Source: an uncultured Cytophagia bacterium (GTDB lineage: Bacteria; Zhuqueibacterota; Zhuqueibacteria; Residuimicrobiales; Residuimicrobiaceae). Taken from it: 64,000 bases of DNA. Positions 9,096 to 22,500 of this stretch are shown one piece after another. Location of the stretch: assembly GCA_964436305.1 (NCBI GenBank), contig CAYTCI010000001.1:48037-112036 (forward strand), in the 5' to 3' direction. Position 1 is the stretch's first letter. Each line of letters begins with the position of its first letter. Position numbers and translations under genes: made by a program. Under the pieces are notes generated by a model that did not search any database, was not told the DNA's origin, and saw nothing but the letters and a program-made list of their open reading frames with translations.

Positions 9096-10466
9096 ATGAA
9101 TACTCCACTGCGATTTTGGCGCAACCTTTCCCGCCACGCTCATCCAGCGCACATCCTGGCCATCAGTTTTCTCGTACTTATACTATTGGGCACAGTGCTG
9201 CTGACCTTGCCGGCCAGCAAGCTCGATCCGAATGCCGGTGTGGTGGATGCGCTCTTCATCTCCACCTCCGCCGCCTGTGTCACGGGGCTCTCGTCAGTGG
9301 ACATCACCACGACCTATACCTTTTTCGGGAATGCAGTGATCCTCTTGCTGATTCAGTTTGGCGGTCTGGGGATCATCACCTTCTCCACTTTTTTCGCCTA
9401 TATTCTGGCCGGGCGATTGAGCATGCGCGGGCGCGACCTGATCGAGAACAGCATCAGCGCCGAATCTGCGCCCTACCTCGGCCGGCTGCTCAAATTCGCC
9501 GTGCTCGGCACCCTGGCCATCGAGGGCATCGGCACCCTGATCCTGACCGTGCGCTTCAGCCAGGAGTATCCCTTTTGGCAAGCGCTGTGGAGTGGGCTGT
9601 TTCATGCCGTCTCGGCCTTTTGCAATGCCGGCTTTTCCACCTTTGCGCACAACCTCGCCGATCATGTGACCGATGCGACCGTCAATCTGACGATCATGAC
9701 GCTGATCGTCCTGGGCGGACTCGGCTTTTGGGTGCTGCACGACCTCTTTTTCTGGCGTCCTGGAGGACATAGACGCCTCTCGCTGCACAGCAAGCTCGCC
9801 CTCTCGATGACCGGTTTGCTCATCCTTATCGGCGCCTGCATGCTGCTCTTTTTTGAGCGGGACCACTCGATGCGGGATTTTGGCGTCGGCGGCAAGCTGC
9901 TCGCTTCGTTTTTCCAGTCGGTCACTGCCCGCACGGCCGGATTTAATACCCTGCCGATCGGTGATCTGACCAATGGGGCGTTGCTGATCCTGATCATTCT
10001 CATGGCGATCGGCGCCTCCCCCGGCTCGACCGGAGGCGGAATCAAGACAACGACCTTTGCCATCATCCTGAGCTCCTTTTTCACCCGGCTGCGTTCACAG
10101 GAACAGGTCCGGATCTTCAACCGCGGCATCCCTGAATCGATCGTAACCAAGGCTATCGGCATCAGCTTTTTCTGGGTCATGACCATTGCCGTGGCAGTCC
10201 TGCTGATGAGCATAACGGAAGCGCGGTCACCCTCCGATCCCCTTGCCCATCGCACCCTGGTCGAAACCACCTTCGAGGCCTTTTCCGCCCTGGGTACAGT
10301 TGGATTGAGCATGGGGATCACGCCCCGCTTGAGCGATGCCGGCAAGATCATCTGTGTTTTGCTGATGTATATCGGCCGGGTCGGTCCGGTGACCCTGGCC
10401 CTTTCGATCGCAGCGCACCGGACCCTGCCGGTGCGCTTTGTCGAAGAAAACGTCATCGTCGGTTAA
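9096..10466 (+). CDS. trkH: TrkH/KtrB-family potassium uptake membrane subunit
   Basis: Multi-pass protein with repeated pore-loop signatures (FGGLGIITF, NAGFSTF, TAGFNTL, GSTGGGIKTTTF) and a trkA-like gene immediately downstream. Confidence 0.92.
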   Translation: MNTPLRFWRNLSRHAHPAHILAISFLVLILLGTVLLTLPASKLDPNAGVVDALFISTSAACVTGLSSVDITTTYTFFGNAVILLLIQFGGLGIITFSTFFAYILAGRLSMRGRDLIENSISAESAPYLGRLLKFAVLGTLAIEGIGTLILTVRFSQEYPFWQALWSGLFHAVSAFCNAGFSTFAHNLADHVTDATVNLTIMTLIVLGGLGFWVLHDLFFWRPGGHRRLSLHSKLALSMTGLLILIGACMLLFFERDHSMRDFGVGGKLLASFFQSVTARTAGFNTLPIGDLTNGALLILIILMAIGASPGSTGGGIKTTTFAIILSSFFTRLRSQEQVRIFNRGIPESIVTKAIGISFFWVMTIAVAVLLMSITEARSPSDPLAHRTLVETTFEAFSALGTVGLSMGITPRLSDAGKIICVLLMYIGRVGPVTLALSIAAHRTLPVRFVEENVIVG

Positions 10467-10487
10467 CCTGCTACAAGGAATGCCACC

Positions 10488-11144
10488 ATGCGCTCTTTTG
10501 CTATCATCGGTTTGAGCAGTTTCGGCCACTATCTGGCCAAGGAACTCAGCCACCGCGGCCACCACATTCTCGCCATCGACATCGATGAGGACAAGATTGA
10601 CAAGGTGCGCGGCTTCGTCGAGCGGGCGGTCATTGCCGACGCCGGCGACAAGGAAATCCTCGAGGGCTTGGGACTGGCCGAGCTCGACGGTGTGGTGGTG
10701 AGCATGGGGGAAAAGATCGACGCCAGTATCCTGGTCACCCTTTATCTGCGCGAGCTCAAGGTTAAAAAGATTATCGCCAAGGCGATCACCAACGATCACG
10801 GCCGCATTCTCGAGATCATCGGCGCCACGCAGGTGGTCTTTCCCGAGCGCGACGAGGCGATGCGCCTGGCCCATACCCTCGAGAGTGACTATTTCCTGCA
10901 CGCCATCACCCTCTATGAGGGAATCAGTATCATCGAAATTGCTCCGCCCAAACCCTTCGTCGCCAAAACGCTGGGTGAACTGGACCTGCGCAATCGCTAC
11001 GGGGTCTCTGTGCTGCTGATCAAGGAGTGGGTGCCGGAGAAGGTCGTCCTGATCCCAACCGCCGACCGGGTGATCAAGGATAGCGATACCCTGGTCCTGC
11101 TCGGGCAGGATGAAGATCTGGAAAAAATGAAGGAGCTGCGCTAG
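10488..11144 (+). CDS. trkA: TrkA/KtrA potassium uptake regulatory subunit (TrkA-N plus TrkA-C)
   Basis: Rossmann start FAIIGLSSFGHYLAKEL and a C-terminal TrkA-C-like region (LGELDLRNRYGVSVLLIKE...DTLVLLG). Confidence 0.92.
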   Translation: MRSFAIIGLSSFGHYLAKELSHRGHHILAIDIDEDKIDKVRGFVERAVIADAGDKEILEGLGLAELDGVVVSMGEKIDASILVTLYLRELKVKKIIAKAITNDHGRILEIIGATQVVFPERDEAMRLAHTLESDYFLHAITLYEGISIIEIAPPKPFVAKTLGELDLRNRYGVSVLLIKEWVPEKVVLIPTADRVIKDSDTLVLLGQDEDLEKMKELR

Positions 11145-11256
11145 TTCGCGCCGGATGGGGAATATTTGGGCGCTGTAATGAATTATCTGTTTTGCATCAC
11201 AACCCGGCTGCAATCCGAGGCGGGATCAGCCGGGCGAATGAGGGAGGTTGGTTGAA

Positions 11257-11700
11257 ATGACCCTGCATGTTCTGCACATCATACGCGATATGAGCGATCG
11301 CGGCAGCGCCGCACAGCGGCGATGCCCATACTCCTGTCCGGATATCGATCCGCCGATGGTTTCCTTCTGGAAACCGAACACCGATATTTTCGAGAGCGAG
11401 GGAGAGGTGAGGATCAGGATCGAGCTCGCCGGCGTCAGCCGGGAGAACATCAGCATTGAGCTCAAGAACGGCAAGCTGATCGTCAGCGGCATCCGCCTGG
11501 AGCGGCGGCCGGAAGAGCGGATCTGTTACCACCAGCTCGAGCAGCAGTACGGCCATTTTATGCGTATCATCGCTCTGCCGGAGACGGTTGAGCACAACGA
11601 GATCACGGCAGCCCTGGAAGACGGGGTGCTGGAAGTAATCATTTCAAAGGATGAGCGGGCGGTGGAGATTCCGATCACCGGTTTTGCTGAGAAGGCCTAG
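11257..11700 (+). CDS. Hsp20/alpha-crystallin small heat-shock protein
   Basis: Alpha-crystallin core: WKPNTDIFESEGEVRIRIELAGVSRENISIELKNGKLIVSG...FMRIIALPETVEHNEITAALEDGVLEVIISK. GGGAGG RBS before the ATG at 11257; the track start at 11248 is TTG. Confidence 0.88.
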   Translation: MTLHVLHIIRDMSDRGSAAQRRCPYSCPDIDPPMVSFWKPNTDIFESEGEVRIRIELAGVSRENISIELKNGKLIVSGIRLERRPEERICYHQLEQQYGHFMRIIALPETVEHNEITAALEDGVLEVIISKDERAVEIPITGFAEKA

Positions 11701-11749
11701 TCCCCCCCGGCTTGCGCCCCGCCAGAGTCTGTTGGAGATTGGAGCACGT

Positions 11750-14152
<2,403 letters not shown>

Positions 14153-14155
14153 CGC

Positions 14156-15592
14156 ATGGAATCCCTGAGCGACCGGTTTCGCCGGATGCGGCAGAAAGTG
14201 GCAGGATGGGGGCAGGAGAGTGTCTGGCGCTTTTGGGATGAACTCGATCCGGCGGCGCAGGCGCGCTTTATCGACCAGCTCGAGCAGCTGGATGAGCACT
14301 TTATCACTTCCCTGAGTGGCGGCCCCTGGCCGCCGGCAGAAACCCGGTTCGGTTCGCTCGCCGACTTGACGCCCCTGGAGCACATTCCGCTGCCCTCCAC
14401 CCCGGAGGAAGAGCGGAGTTGGCAGCGGGCAAAACAGCGGGGAGAGGCGCTGCTCGCCGAAGGAACGGTGGCCGTACTGGTCGTCGCCGGCGGGCAGGGC
14501 ACCCGGCTCGGCTTCCCGGGGCCGAAGGGGCTCTTCCCGGTCGGCCCGGTGAGCGGACGCTCGCTCTTTCAGTTTCACACCGAACAAATCCTCGCACTGG
14601 AGCGGCGTTTCGGCGCCACCCTGCCCTTTTATATCATGACCAGCCCGGCCAACCACCAGGAGACGGGCGACTTTTTCATCCGCAACGGTTTTTTTGGCAA
14701 GGATCCGGAGAGCGTGCGATTTTTTCCGCAGCGCATGCTGCCGGTCTTCGATCGCCAGGGACGGCTGCTGCTGGAAGAGAAGGGCCAGGTGAGCCTCTCG
14801 CCCGATGGCCACGGCGGCGTGCTGCATGCGCTCAACCGGCATCACCTCCTCGAGGATATGCAACAGCGGGGCATCCGCCAGCTCTATTATTTCCAGGTGG
14901 ACAATGTGCTGGCCCGGATCGCGGATCCGGTCTACCTCGGTTTTCATGACGAAAAGGCCGCCGAGCTCTCCGCCAAAACGGTCTACAAACGCGATCCCTG
15001 GGAAAAACTGGGCAATATCGGACGACTCGATGGCCACTTCCAGGTCATCGAGTATACCGAGCTGCCGGATGAGCTCAAGACCGCCCGCAACGCCGAAGGC
15101 AAACTGCTCTTCGGGCAGGGCAGCATCGCCATTCATCTCTTCTCGGTCGATTTTCTTGCCCGCCTGCTGCAACAGCAGATCGAACTGCCCTATCATGTTG
15201 CCTATAAAAGGATGGCCAGTCTCCCCGATCAGGCAGGCGACGAAGGAGCCGACGGTCTGAATGGTGTCAAATTCGAGCAGTTCATCTTCGATGCCTTCCG
15301 CTTTGCCAGTCGGGTCATGGTGCTGGAATGCGACCGGCGTCTGGAGTTCAGCCCGATCAAGAACCGTGAGGGAGAGGATTCGCCGGAGAGCGCCCGCCGC
15401 GACCTCGGAGAGTTTTTCGCCGGTTGGCTCGAACGCTGCGGGCATCCGCCCAGGCGCCATGCCGACGGCTCGCTCGCCGTCCGGCTGGAGATCAGCCCGC
15501 TGGTCGCCCTCTCGGCCGAAGAGCTCAGGGCGCGATTGCCCCGCCAACTGGATGCGGCAGCCGATCTGCTGCTTGAGGATCAGACCGGATGA
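14156..15592 (+). CDS. UDPGP-family nucleotide-sugar pyrophosphorylase (UAP1/UDP-sugar pyrophosphorylase-like)
   Basis: VLVVAGGQGTRLGFPGPKGLFPV, SPDGHGGV and YYFQVDNVL blocks typical of the eukaryote-type UTP--glucose-1-P uridylyltransferase family. Starts 3 nt after the lon stop. Confidence 0.82.
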   Translation: MESLSDRFRRMRQKVAGWGQESVWRFWDELDPAAQARFIDQLEQLDEHFITSLSGGPWPPAETRFGSLADLTPLEHIPLPSTPEEERSWQRAKQRGEALLAEGTVAVLVVAGGQGTRLGFPGPKGLFPVGPVSGRSLFQFHTEQILALERRFGATLPFYIMTSPANHQETGDFFIRNGFFGKDPESVRFFPQRMLPVFDRQGRLLLEEKGQVSLSPDGHGGVLHALNRHHLLEDMQQRGIRQLYYFQVDNVLARIADPVYLGFHDEKAAELSAKTVYKRDPWEKLGNIGRLDGHFQVIEYTELPDELKTARNAEGKLLFGQGSIAIHLFSVDFLARLLQQQIELPYHVAYKRMASLPDQAGDEGADGLNGVKFEQFIFDAFRFASRVMVLECDRRLEFSPIKNREGEDSPESARRDLGEFFAGWLERCGHPPRRHADGSLAVRLEISPLVALSAEELRARLPRQLDAAADLLLEDQTG

Positions 15593-15658
15593 ACCGGGGC
15601 TGCCGGGCAGGGTAACCACACCCCGGCCCGGAACCCGGTCACGAGAGAGAACCCAAGT

Positions 15659-18600
15659 GTGAACAAAGAACCTGAAGATCATAGCGGAGCCCAGCCCAAG
15701 GCCCAGCGCAAACCTCGTCGGTGGTGGCGCCGGCTGCTGCGCTTTTTCCTCTTTTCCCTCCTGGCGCTTCTTTTCCTGCTGCTGACAGCCGTCATTGTCT
15801 TGCGGCTGCTCTATCCGCCCGAGCGCCTTCGGGCCATGGCCAACGACGCCGCCCACACCTATCTCAATCGCCAGCTCAGCATCGGCAAGGTCTGGATCCA
15901 TCCCCTGCGCGGTATCATCCTTGAGGATCTCCGGCTCTCACCCTGGCCCGATTCCACCAGGGGCTATGATCTCTTCGTCTTCCGCAAGCTCAGCATCAAG
16001 AAACTGGCCCTCCATTATTCGCTGGCCGATATCCTGGACCGCCAGCTCCATCTGACCGCCATTGAGATCAGCGAGCCCGAGATGGAGATCTTTGTCGATA
16101 TGCTGGATACAACCGCGGTCGATCTGGCGGGCCTGGTGCGGACCAATCTGCCGCTGGCGATCGATCTCAAGTCCTTTCACATGCGCGAGTGCAAGATCAG
16201 GATCATCCTGGCTGACACGCTGACCCGGCAGGAGGTCTATATCGGCGATCTCAGCGGCGCCCTGGAGGAGGTCCGGCTGCCGGCGGGAGGATTCCTGGCG
16301 CATGACAGCGCCTTGCAAGTGCAGGTTGCCCTTCACGCTGATCACACGCCGCTTATGGTCGGCCTGAGCGATCTGCATGCCGGTTCCTCACAGCGGCTGC
16401 AGGGGCGCATGGATCTCGATGTGCAACTGGCCCTCCACAGTTACCGCGACATCGCTCTCCGGCTGGGTCTGGGTTTGCAGGAGCTGGTGCTGGAGGAGAA
16501 CGACGGAGTGCGCGTCAAGGCCACGCGCGTGCCGCCGACGCTGGGGCTTGCCCTCGCGGCGCATGGAGATGGTCTGGGCGGGGTCGCACGCCTCGATTCC
16601 CTGGTCATCGCCCTCGACGGCCAAAAGTGGCTGCAAGCGGAGGGGGAGGCCGACAGCCTCTATCGCCAGCCCCGCCTTACCATGCGGATGCCCTATGCGG
16701 CGATCCCGCTCGCCCGGACGCTCGATTGGGCGCGGCAGTTGCTGCCGGCCGGGACGGTGCCCGATCTCCACTGGATCGATGACCAGGCTGCACTCAGTTG
16801 CAGCGGCGCCCGCCTCGCGGGCTCCCCGGCCGGGGGATGGCGCCTCGATCTCCCGCTGCGGCTGACGCAAGCCGGCCTGCGGATGAACCGCGATTCCCTC
16901 CGCGTCTTCGGCTTTGGGGCGGAGTTCACCCTGGAGGGGCTGCTGGGAGCCGCGGGGATGGAGCGCGCTGAGCTCAAGGGGACCCTGGCCTGTGACAGCC
17001 TCCTTTTTATGCCGCCCGCCGGGGAGGCCCTGACCGCCGGTTCCGGCCGCGTGACCATCGATGCGTTGATCAATCCGCAAATGCTGCCCGAACGGCTGGG
17101 CGCCTCCCTGCAGATCAGCAACCTGATGGGCATGAAACTGGCGGGGGGATGCGACCTGCGCGGCGGCGCCACCCTGAACGATCTGCGCGGCAGCGGCGAG
17201 CTGCGGCTGACGGGGATCGATCTGGCGCGGTTTCCTGTGCTGCAGGTGGCCGGCGAGAGTGAGGCGGAGCTGACCGTGCGGATCCATTCGCTGGCGGATA
17301 TCCAGCCGCAGCTTCGCGTCCTCACCTCGCCGCTGACCTTGCGCGTCGACGAGGAACCCGTGCTCCTCAGCGATCTCAATCTCACCCTCGCCGCGCAGGC
17401 CGGCACCGACACCACCTTCAGCGTCCTGCATCTCGATTCCCTGCGCTTCTCCCTGAACCGCATGATCGAGGGCGCGGCCGCGGCCGAGATCCAGCTGGCG
17501 CCGGCGCTCGCGGCGGAGCTGGATCTCCGCCGGATCATCTTCCGCCATGATGCCATCTGGAACTATATCCCCGAATCGCTGCGCGAGGCCTTCGCCGAAG
17601 CGGAGCTGACCGGCACGACCACCCTCAGTGGCCGCGGCCATGTCGCAATGGCCGGGGGGGCGATGCAATACACCCTCGCAGCGCAGCTGGCCACCCTCAA
17701 TACCTCCTTCCTCGCCCCGGCACAGTTCACCATGGTTCATGGCCTTGGCATCCAGGCCCGGTTGACTGGCGGGAGCCGCGAGGGCGTCCGCGCGGCCCTG
17801 AGCGTCGGCCTCGATACCCTGCGTACCGGCCGGACCGAAAGTGTCGCGTTCCATCACAACCGTCTTGAACTCAATGTAAACAGTGCCGATCCGGCGGCGC
17901 TGATCGAGGCCAATGGCCGCCTCGAACTCCCGGATCTCTTCACCAGCGCCGAATTCCAGACCCGGATCGCCGATATGGCCAAAGCCCTGCGCGTCAAGGC
18001 GCAGTTCACACTGACCCAGAACGTCGCTGATACCTTACGGCTGCCGCAGGGCATCAAGCTGCGCGGCGAGAGCCGCTTCTCGATCCAGCTGGAGGCTGAC
18101 ACCGCGCGAGCGCACCTCGCTGCGCAAGTGGCGACCAAAGCCCTCTCCCTCTTCATGCCAGGCAACCTGCTCGTCCGCGATGTGGCAGCCGATATCCATC
18201 TGGATCAGGAGGTGGATTTGCTGCACAAGCGCCTGGTCGGCATGCCCAACTACCAGATCGCCTCGCCGAGTACCGCTCTGATGGATTATCTGGTCTATCG
18301 CGGCTATTATCAGAGGCGCCTGCCAGGGCTCTCGCATGTGCACATCGCCCGCGTCGAATTCGGCGACTATGCCGTGGATGATATCGACCTCGAACTCAGC
18401 GCCCGGCAGGGAAGGCTGGAGATCCCGGAGGCGATGGCCAGAATCTATGGCGGCAATATGGGATTCCGGGCGGCGGTCGATCTGGCTGAAGGCGATCTGG
18501 GCAAGGCCAGCTTTGACGTCAATGCCCATTTCGCCAACATCAATTCGGACCTGCTGCTGCCCAGAGGGCAGCGCCAGTCCCGGCAAGGCATCATCAATGC

Positions 18601-18946
18601 CAACCTCGATCTGCATGGCACAGGCCTGGACGTGGCGGCCGGCATCCGGCTGGAGGGTCAGGCCTACATCACGCAAATCGGCCCCAAAGTGGCCGACAAT
18701 CTTCTCCGCTCTCTCGATCCACAAGGCAAGGATTCGAGCATCCGCTCCACGCGGCTGCTGATCAATCAGGGCTTCAAGCCCAAACTGATGACCTTCGTGC
18801 TGCGTCATGGCTATCTCTATCCCGAGATCATCTTCGACCAGCCCTGGTACTTTCCGATGCGCCTCAGCGGCGGCAAGGTCGAGCTGGCGCGCATCCCACT
18901 GGACTTTTTCCTGCGAGCATCCGCTACGGGCACCGAGGCGCGCTGA
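15659..18946 (+). CDS. AsmA-like/TamB-YdbH-like giant envelope protein (N-terminal membrane anchor, long repetitive beta-rich body)
   Basis: GTG start. Basic N-terminus plus one TM helix (RRWWRRLLRFFLFSLLALLFLLLTAVIVLRLL), followed by the AsmA-type opening AAHTYLNRQLSIGKVWIHPLRGIILEDLRLSP. About 1,000 aa of beta-strand-like repeats. A DUF1318-like gene lies downstream, as in E. coli ydbH-ynbE-ydbL. Confidence 0.68.
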   Translation: MNKEPEDHSGAQPKAQRKPRRWWRRLLRFFLFSLLALLFLLLTAVIVLRLLYPPERLRAMANDAAHTYLNRQLSIGKVWIHPLRGIILEDLRLSPWPDSTRGYDLFVFRKLSIKKLALHYSLADILDRQLHLTAIEISEPEMEIFVDMLDTTAVDLAGLVRTNLPLAIDLKSFHMRECKIRIILADTLTRQEVYIGDLSGALEEVRLPAGGFLAHDSALQVQVALHADHTPLMVGLSDLHAGSSQRLQGRMDLDVQLALHSYRDIALRLGLGLQELVLEENDGVRVKATRVPPTLGLALAAHGDGLGGVARLDSLVIALDGQKWLQAEGEADSLYRQPRLTMRMPYAAIPLARTLDWARQLLPAGTVPDLHWIDDQAALSCSGARLAGSPAGGWRLDLPLRLTQAGLRMNRDSLRVFGFGAEFTLEGLLGAAGMERAELKGTLACDSLLFMPPAGEALTAGSGRVTIDALINPQMLPERLGASLQISNLMGMKLAGGCDLRGGATLNDLRGSGELRLTGIDLARFPVLQVAGESEAELTVRIHSLADIQPQLRVLTSPLTLRVDEEPVLLSDLNLTLAAQAGTDTTFSVLHLDSLRFSLNRMIEGAAAAEIQLAPALAAELDLRRIIFRHDAIWNYIPESLREAFAEAELTGTTTLSGRGHVAMAGGAMQYTLAAQLATLNTSFLAPAQFTMVHGLGIQARLTGGSREGVRAALSVGLDTLRTGRTESVAFHHNRLELNVNSADPAALIEANGRLELPDLFTSAEFQTRIADMAKALRVKAQFTLTQNVADTLRLPQGIKLRGESRFSIQLEADTARAHLAAQVATKALSLFMPGNLLVRDVAADIHLDQEVDLLHKRLVGMPNYQIASPSTALMDYLVYRGYYQRRLPGLSHVHIARVEFGDYAVDDIDLELSARQGRLEIPEAMARIYGGNMGFRAAVDLAEGDLGKASFDVNAHFANINSDLLLPRGQRQSRQGIINANLDLHGTGLDVAAGIRLEGQAYITQIGPKVADNLLRSLDPQGKDSSIRSTRLLINQGFKPKLMTFVLRHGYLYPEIIFDQPWYFPMRLSGGKVELARIPLDFFLRASATGTEAR

Positions 18947-18979
18947 TGGCGCCGGCGGACCCGCCGGTCAGGAGGTGTA

Positions 18980-19534
18980 ATGAACAGAGCAGCTTTCGCG
19001 GCTGGCGCCTTGCTGGCGCTCGCCTGTTTGCAGTGCAGTGTCAAGGCACCGGAACTCAATGTCACCGGCGAGAAGACCGCGCTGGAAAATCAGGTGCTGG
19101 GGTCCTACCAGCAAATCGAGAACGACTCCTGGCTCATCGCCTCGGCGCGGGCAGTCGGCTCGACCCCCACCACACTCCTCTCCGGCAACAAAAAAGAGGT
19201 GATGGAGGCGGTGCAGAATCGCAAGTTTAACAAGGATGAAGTCGACGAGCTCAAGGCCGGCAAGGTGGTCGGCGAGAACAACCGCGGGCTGCTGCAGACC
19301 CTGGCCAACACCCGCTATGACGCCGACCCGGAGTACCGCCTCTATGTGGACCAGATCGTCGGTGAGGAGAACACCGACCGCCAGGTCATTTATGAGCGGG
19401 CCCTGAGCGTCAACCAGACCACCACCGAGAACACCCAGGCCAACGAGATCTTTGCCAAACTCAATTTCGACAACTCACCCGCCGGGACGATGATTCAGAA
19501 ACCGGACGGGAGCTGGGTGGAAAAAGGAAAGTAA
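18980..19534 (+). CDS. lipoprotein with DUF1318 (YdbL-like) C-terminal half
   Basis: GGAGG RBS and lipobox LALAC. The C-terminal half matches the remembered YdbL pattern: AGKVVGENNRGLL...DRQVIYERAL...AGTMIQKPDGSWVEKGK. Confidence 0.58.
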   Translation: MNRAAFAAGALLALACLQCSVKAPELNVTGEKTALENQVLGSYQQIENDSWLIASARAVGSTPTTLLSGNKKEVMEAVQNRKFNKDEVDELKAGKVVGENNRGLLQTLANTRYDADPEYRLYVDQIVGEENTDRQVIYERALSVNQTTTENTQANEIFAKLNFDNSPAGTMIQKPDGSWVEKGK

Positions 19535-19539
19535 TCCGC

Positions 19540-22500
19540 ATGGAACGCCGGCTTTTCCTGCTCATCGCTTTATCTCTGCTGGTGCCACTCGGGCGTCCCG
19601 CGCCGGTGGTGGCGCAGCAACCCGATCTGCGCCAGGTGACCACACACCCCGACATCGACCTCTCGCCGCGCCTCTCACCGGACGGCAAATTTCTGGCCTA
19701 TGTCTCGCGGCAAACCTACAACTTTGATATCTGGATCAAGAGCACGACCAGCACGCGTTCCCGCCAGGTCACCTTCAACAAGGCGGATGATTTTTACCCG
19801 GTCTGGTACCCCGACAGCCGTTCGCTGGTCTTTGTATCGCAAAAGGAGGATGCGGCGGGGGATATCTGGCGCATCCGTTTCCGCGAGGTCAAGGGCGACC
19901 TCATTCCCCGAGGTGAGCCGGAGAAGATCAGCCACTATCAGGGCTTTGACAGCTATCCGACGGTCTCGCCCGATGGCAAAAAGATCGCCTGGGTTTCGGA
20001 CGCCAGCGGCCGCGATGAAATCTGGTTTCATAACGACAATACCGGCAAGACCAGCCAGCTGACCTTCCTCGGCGGTACCCATCCGGCCTGGAGCTCCCGC
20101 CAGGACCTGATCGCCTTCACCTCCTTCCGCGCCGGCCCGGCCTGCGGCGGTGACATCTGGCTGATGAACCTGCATGGGCCGCGGCCGCAAGAGGAGGCCG
20201 ACTCCTCCTGGTGGGATCCGCGAGAGAACCCCGTCTATCGTCTCACCCGCAGCGGTGCGGCGGATGGCTTCCCGACCTGGTCGCCTGACGCCAGCCGCAT
20301 CATTTTTCTCCGGTTCAGCCAGGACACCAACGGCGATTCGCTGCTGACGCCCGCCGACCGCGGGGCGCTCTGGAGCATGGCGCCGGCCCCGGCGCCGGAA
20401 CAACCCACCCTCTCCTCATCGCCGCTGGCCGGGCTGCTGCTCCCCTCCTTCAATCCGGCGCTGGTGCGCCGTGCGATGCCCCTGACCAGCGACAGCGATA
20501 CCATCATGCAGCCCTGGTGCGGCGGCGACAGCCGGGTCTACTTTTCATCGGATCGCGGCGGCAACCTCGATATCTGGTCGATCCCGCTTGATGGGCCGGT
20601 GCCGCGTGCAGCCACCGCCGCCGAACAATATCGCTGGGCCGAGGCAACCTTTCCCCTGCCCGAACGCGCCTCGCGCTGGTACCTGGGGCCGCTGCTGACC
20701 GGTTACCAAAGCATTCAGCCCGATGCCGAGGAAGGGCGTATCCTCAATGAACGCTTCCTCGCCCTGCGCCGCCTCGCTGATTTCTTTCCCGATAGCAGCC
20801 GCCATACCGCCGAGGCCCTCTATGGCATGGGGGTGGTCGCGATGCTGCAGGGTGATGAGGAGTTGGCCCGCACCTGCCTGCATCTGGTATTGAGCCGCTA
20901 TGGCAGCGAGCGCCAGACCGCCGCGTGGACCGAACTCGCCCTGCTGGGGCTGCAGGAGGGCGGAACCGGTGCGGATGCTTCCCGTACCGCCCGGCTGAAG
21001 CGCGGCGTGGACGACATTCTGCAGCGTTACGCCGACCAGAGTGCCCCCGCTGCCGCGGGGCGGCTGGCGATCGGCGATCTCTATGCCGCGGCCGGCGACC
21101 AGACGCGCGCCTTCCAGGAATATGCCCGGGTCCGCAAGGAGTATCCCGGGGAGCGTGACGCGTGCGCCGCCAGTCAGCTCAAGATAGGTGACCTCTTCCG
21201 GCGCTTCGCCAGCCAGGAGGAGGTGGTCCAGGCTTATCTGCGCGTCATCGACGATTATCCCGACCAGCGTCAGTGGATGTTGCCGGCGCGAGACCGCGTC
21301 CTCGACCTGCTCATCGCCGGCCGCAGCGGCGCCGCCGCCTATATCGCGCGCTACCGCGAAATCGTCGGGCTCTATCGCCGCTATCCGGAACTCGCCGCCG
21401 AAGCGCAGTTCCGCATCGGCAACCTGCTGCTAACCGGCAAGGAGTACCGCGCCGCCATCCTCGAGTTCGAGGCGGTCGAAACCCTCTTCCCCGACCTGGT
21501 CGATGAGGTCTTTGCGGCGCGGATGAGCCGGGCCGAGGCCTATCTCCGCCTCGGCGACAGCGCCACCGCCCTCTCCCTGCTCGACCAGCTGAGCAAGGAG
21601 GAGCAGGCCACGCGGCCCGACCTGGCCGAGCAGGCCTCCGACCGCCTGGTCGCGGCCCTGCTCTCCTCAGCCGACCATCTGCGCGCTAGCGGTGACCTGC
21701 AGCTGGCGGCCCTGCGCTACCGCAATGCCTGGGAACGCGATCTGCGTAACCTCCACGCCCACCGCGGTTATCTGGAGTGCCTCTATTACCAGAAAAAGAT
21801 CGATCAGGCCATCGATGAGTACCGCCAGCTTAATATTCTCCATCCCAAAGACAACATCCTCACCTATGCCCTGGGCTTGGCCTACAGCTACAAGGGGACC
21901 GAAAAGGCGGAGCTCTACAACGATCCGGACGGCCTCGATCCGGTCTTCCTGGTCAACCGCTCGAGCGCGGTCATCGCCCGCGCCCTCTCCTACGACTATA
22001 CCATGGTGCCGGGCTATTTGACCATCGCCTTCAACTTTGAAATGATGGAGAACTATGAGGCACGGCAGCAGGCCAGGGCGATTCATCCCGTTCGCCGGGC
22101 CTGGAAAGCCCTGACAGCGCCGATCGTGGATATCTATCATCGCCTGACCTTTTATGAAGAGCGCAAGCCGGCCCGCTACTACGAGCGTGCCATCCATGAA
22201 CTCAACAAGGCGATCGTTCTCAACGACGAGAACAAGGAGCCGCTCCTCGAAGCCAATCTCGCGCTCAATCTCGCCAACAACTATTACAGCCTGGGCGAAT
22301 TCGGCTTCGACAAGGCCTATGCCTATTATCAGGTCAAACTCCTCTATGATTCCACCTTCATTGACAAGCAGCGCGAGGCCCTCATTTACGAGCGCATGGG
22401 CCATTGTGCGCTGGTGACCGAGGATCTGGAAAAAGGCCCGCGCTTCCTCAAGCATGCGATCGCACTCTATGCCGCCATGGACAAGGAAACGAAGGTGCTG

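Noticed and set aside
11145-11256. Heat-shock control element (CIRCE, HAIR or a sigma32-type promoter) upstream of hsp20-lon
   Set aside because: No TTAGCACTC-N9-GAGTGCTAA, no CTTGAGT-N7-ACTCAAG, and no CTTGAAA...CCCCAT pattern is present in the spacer.
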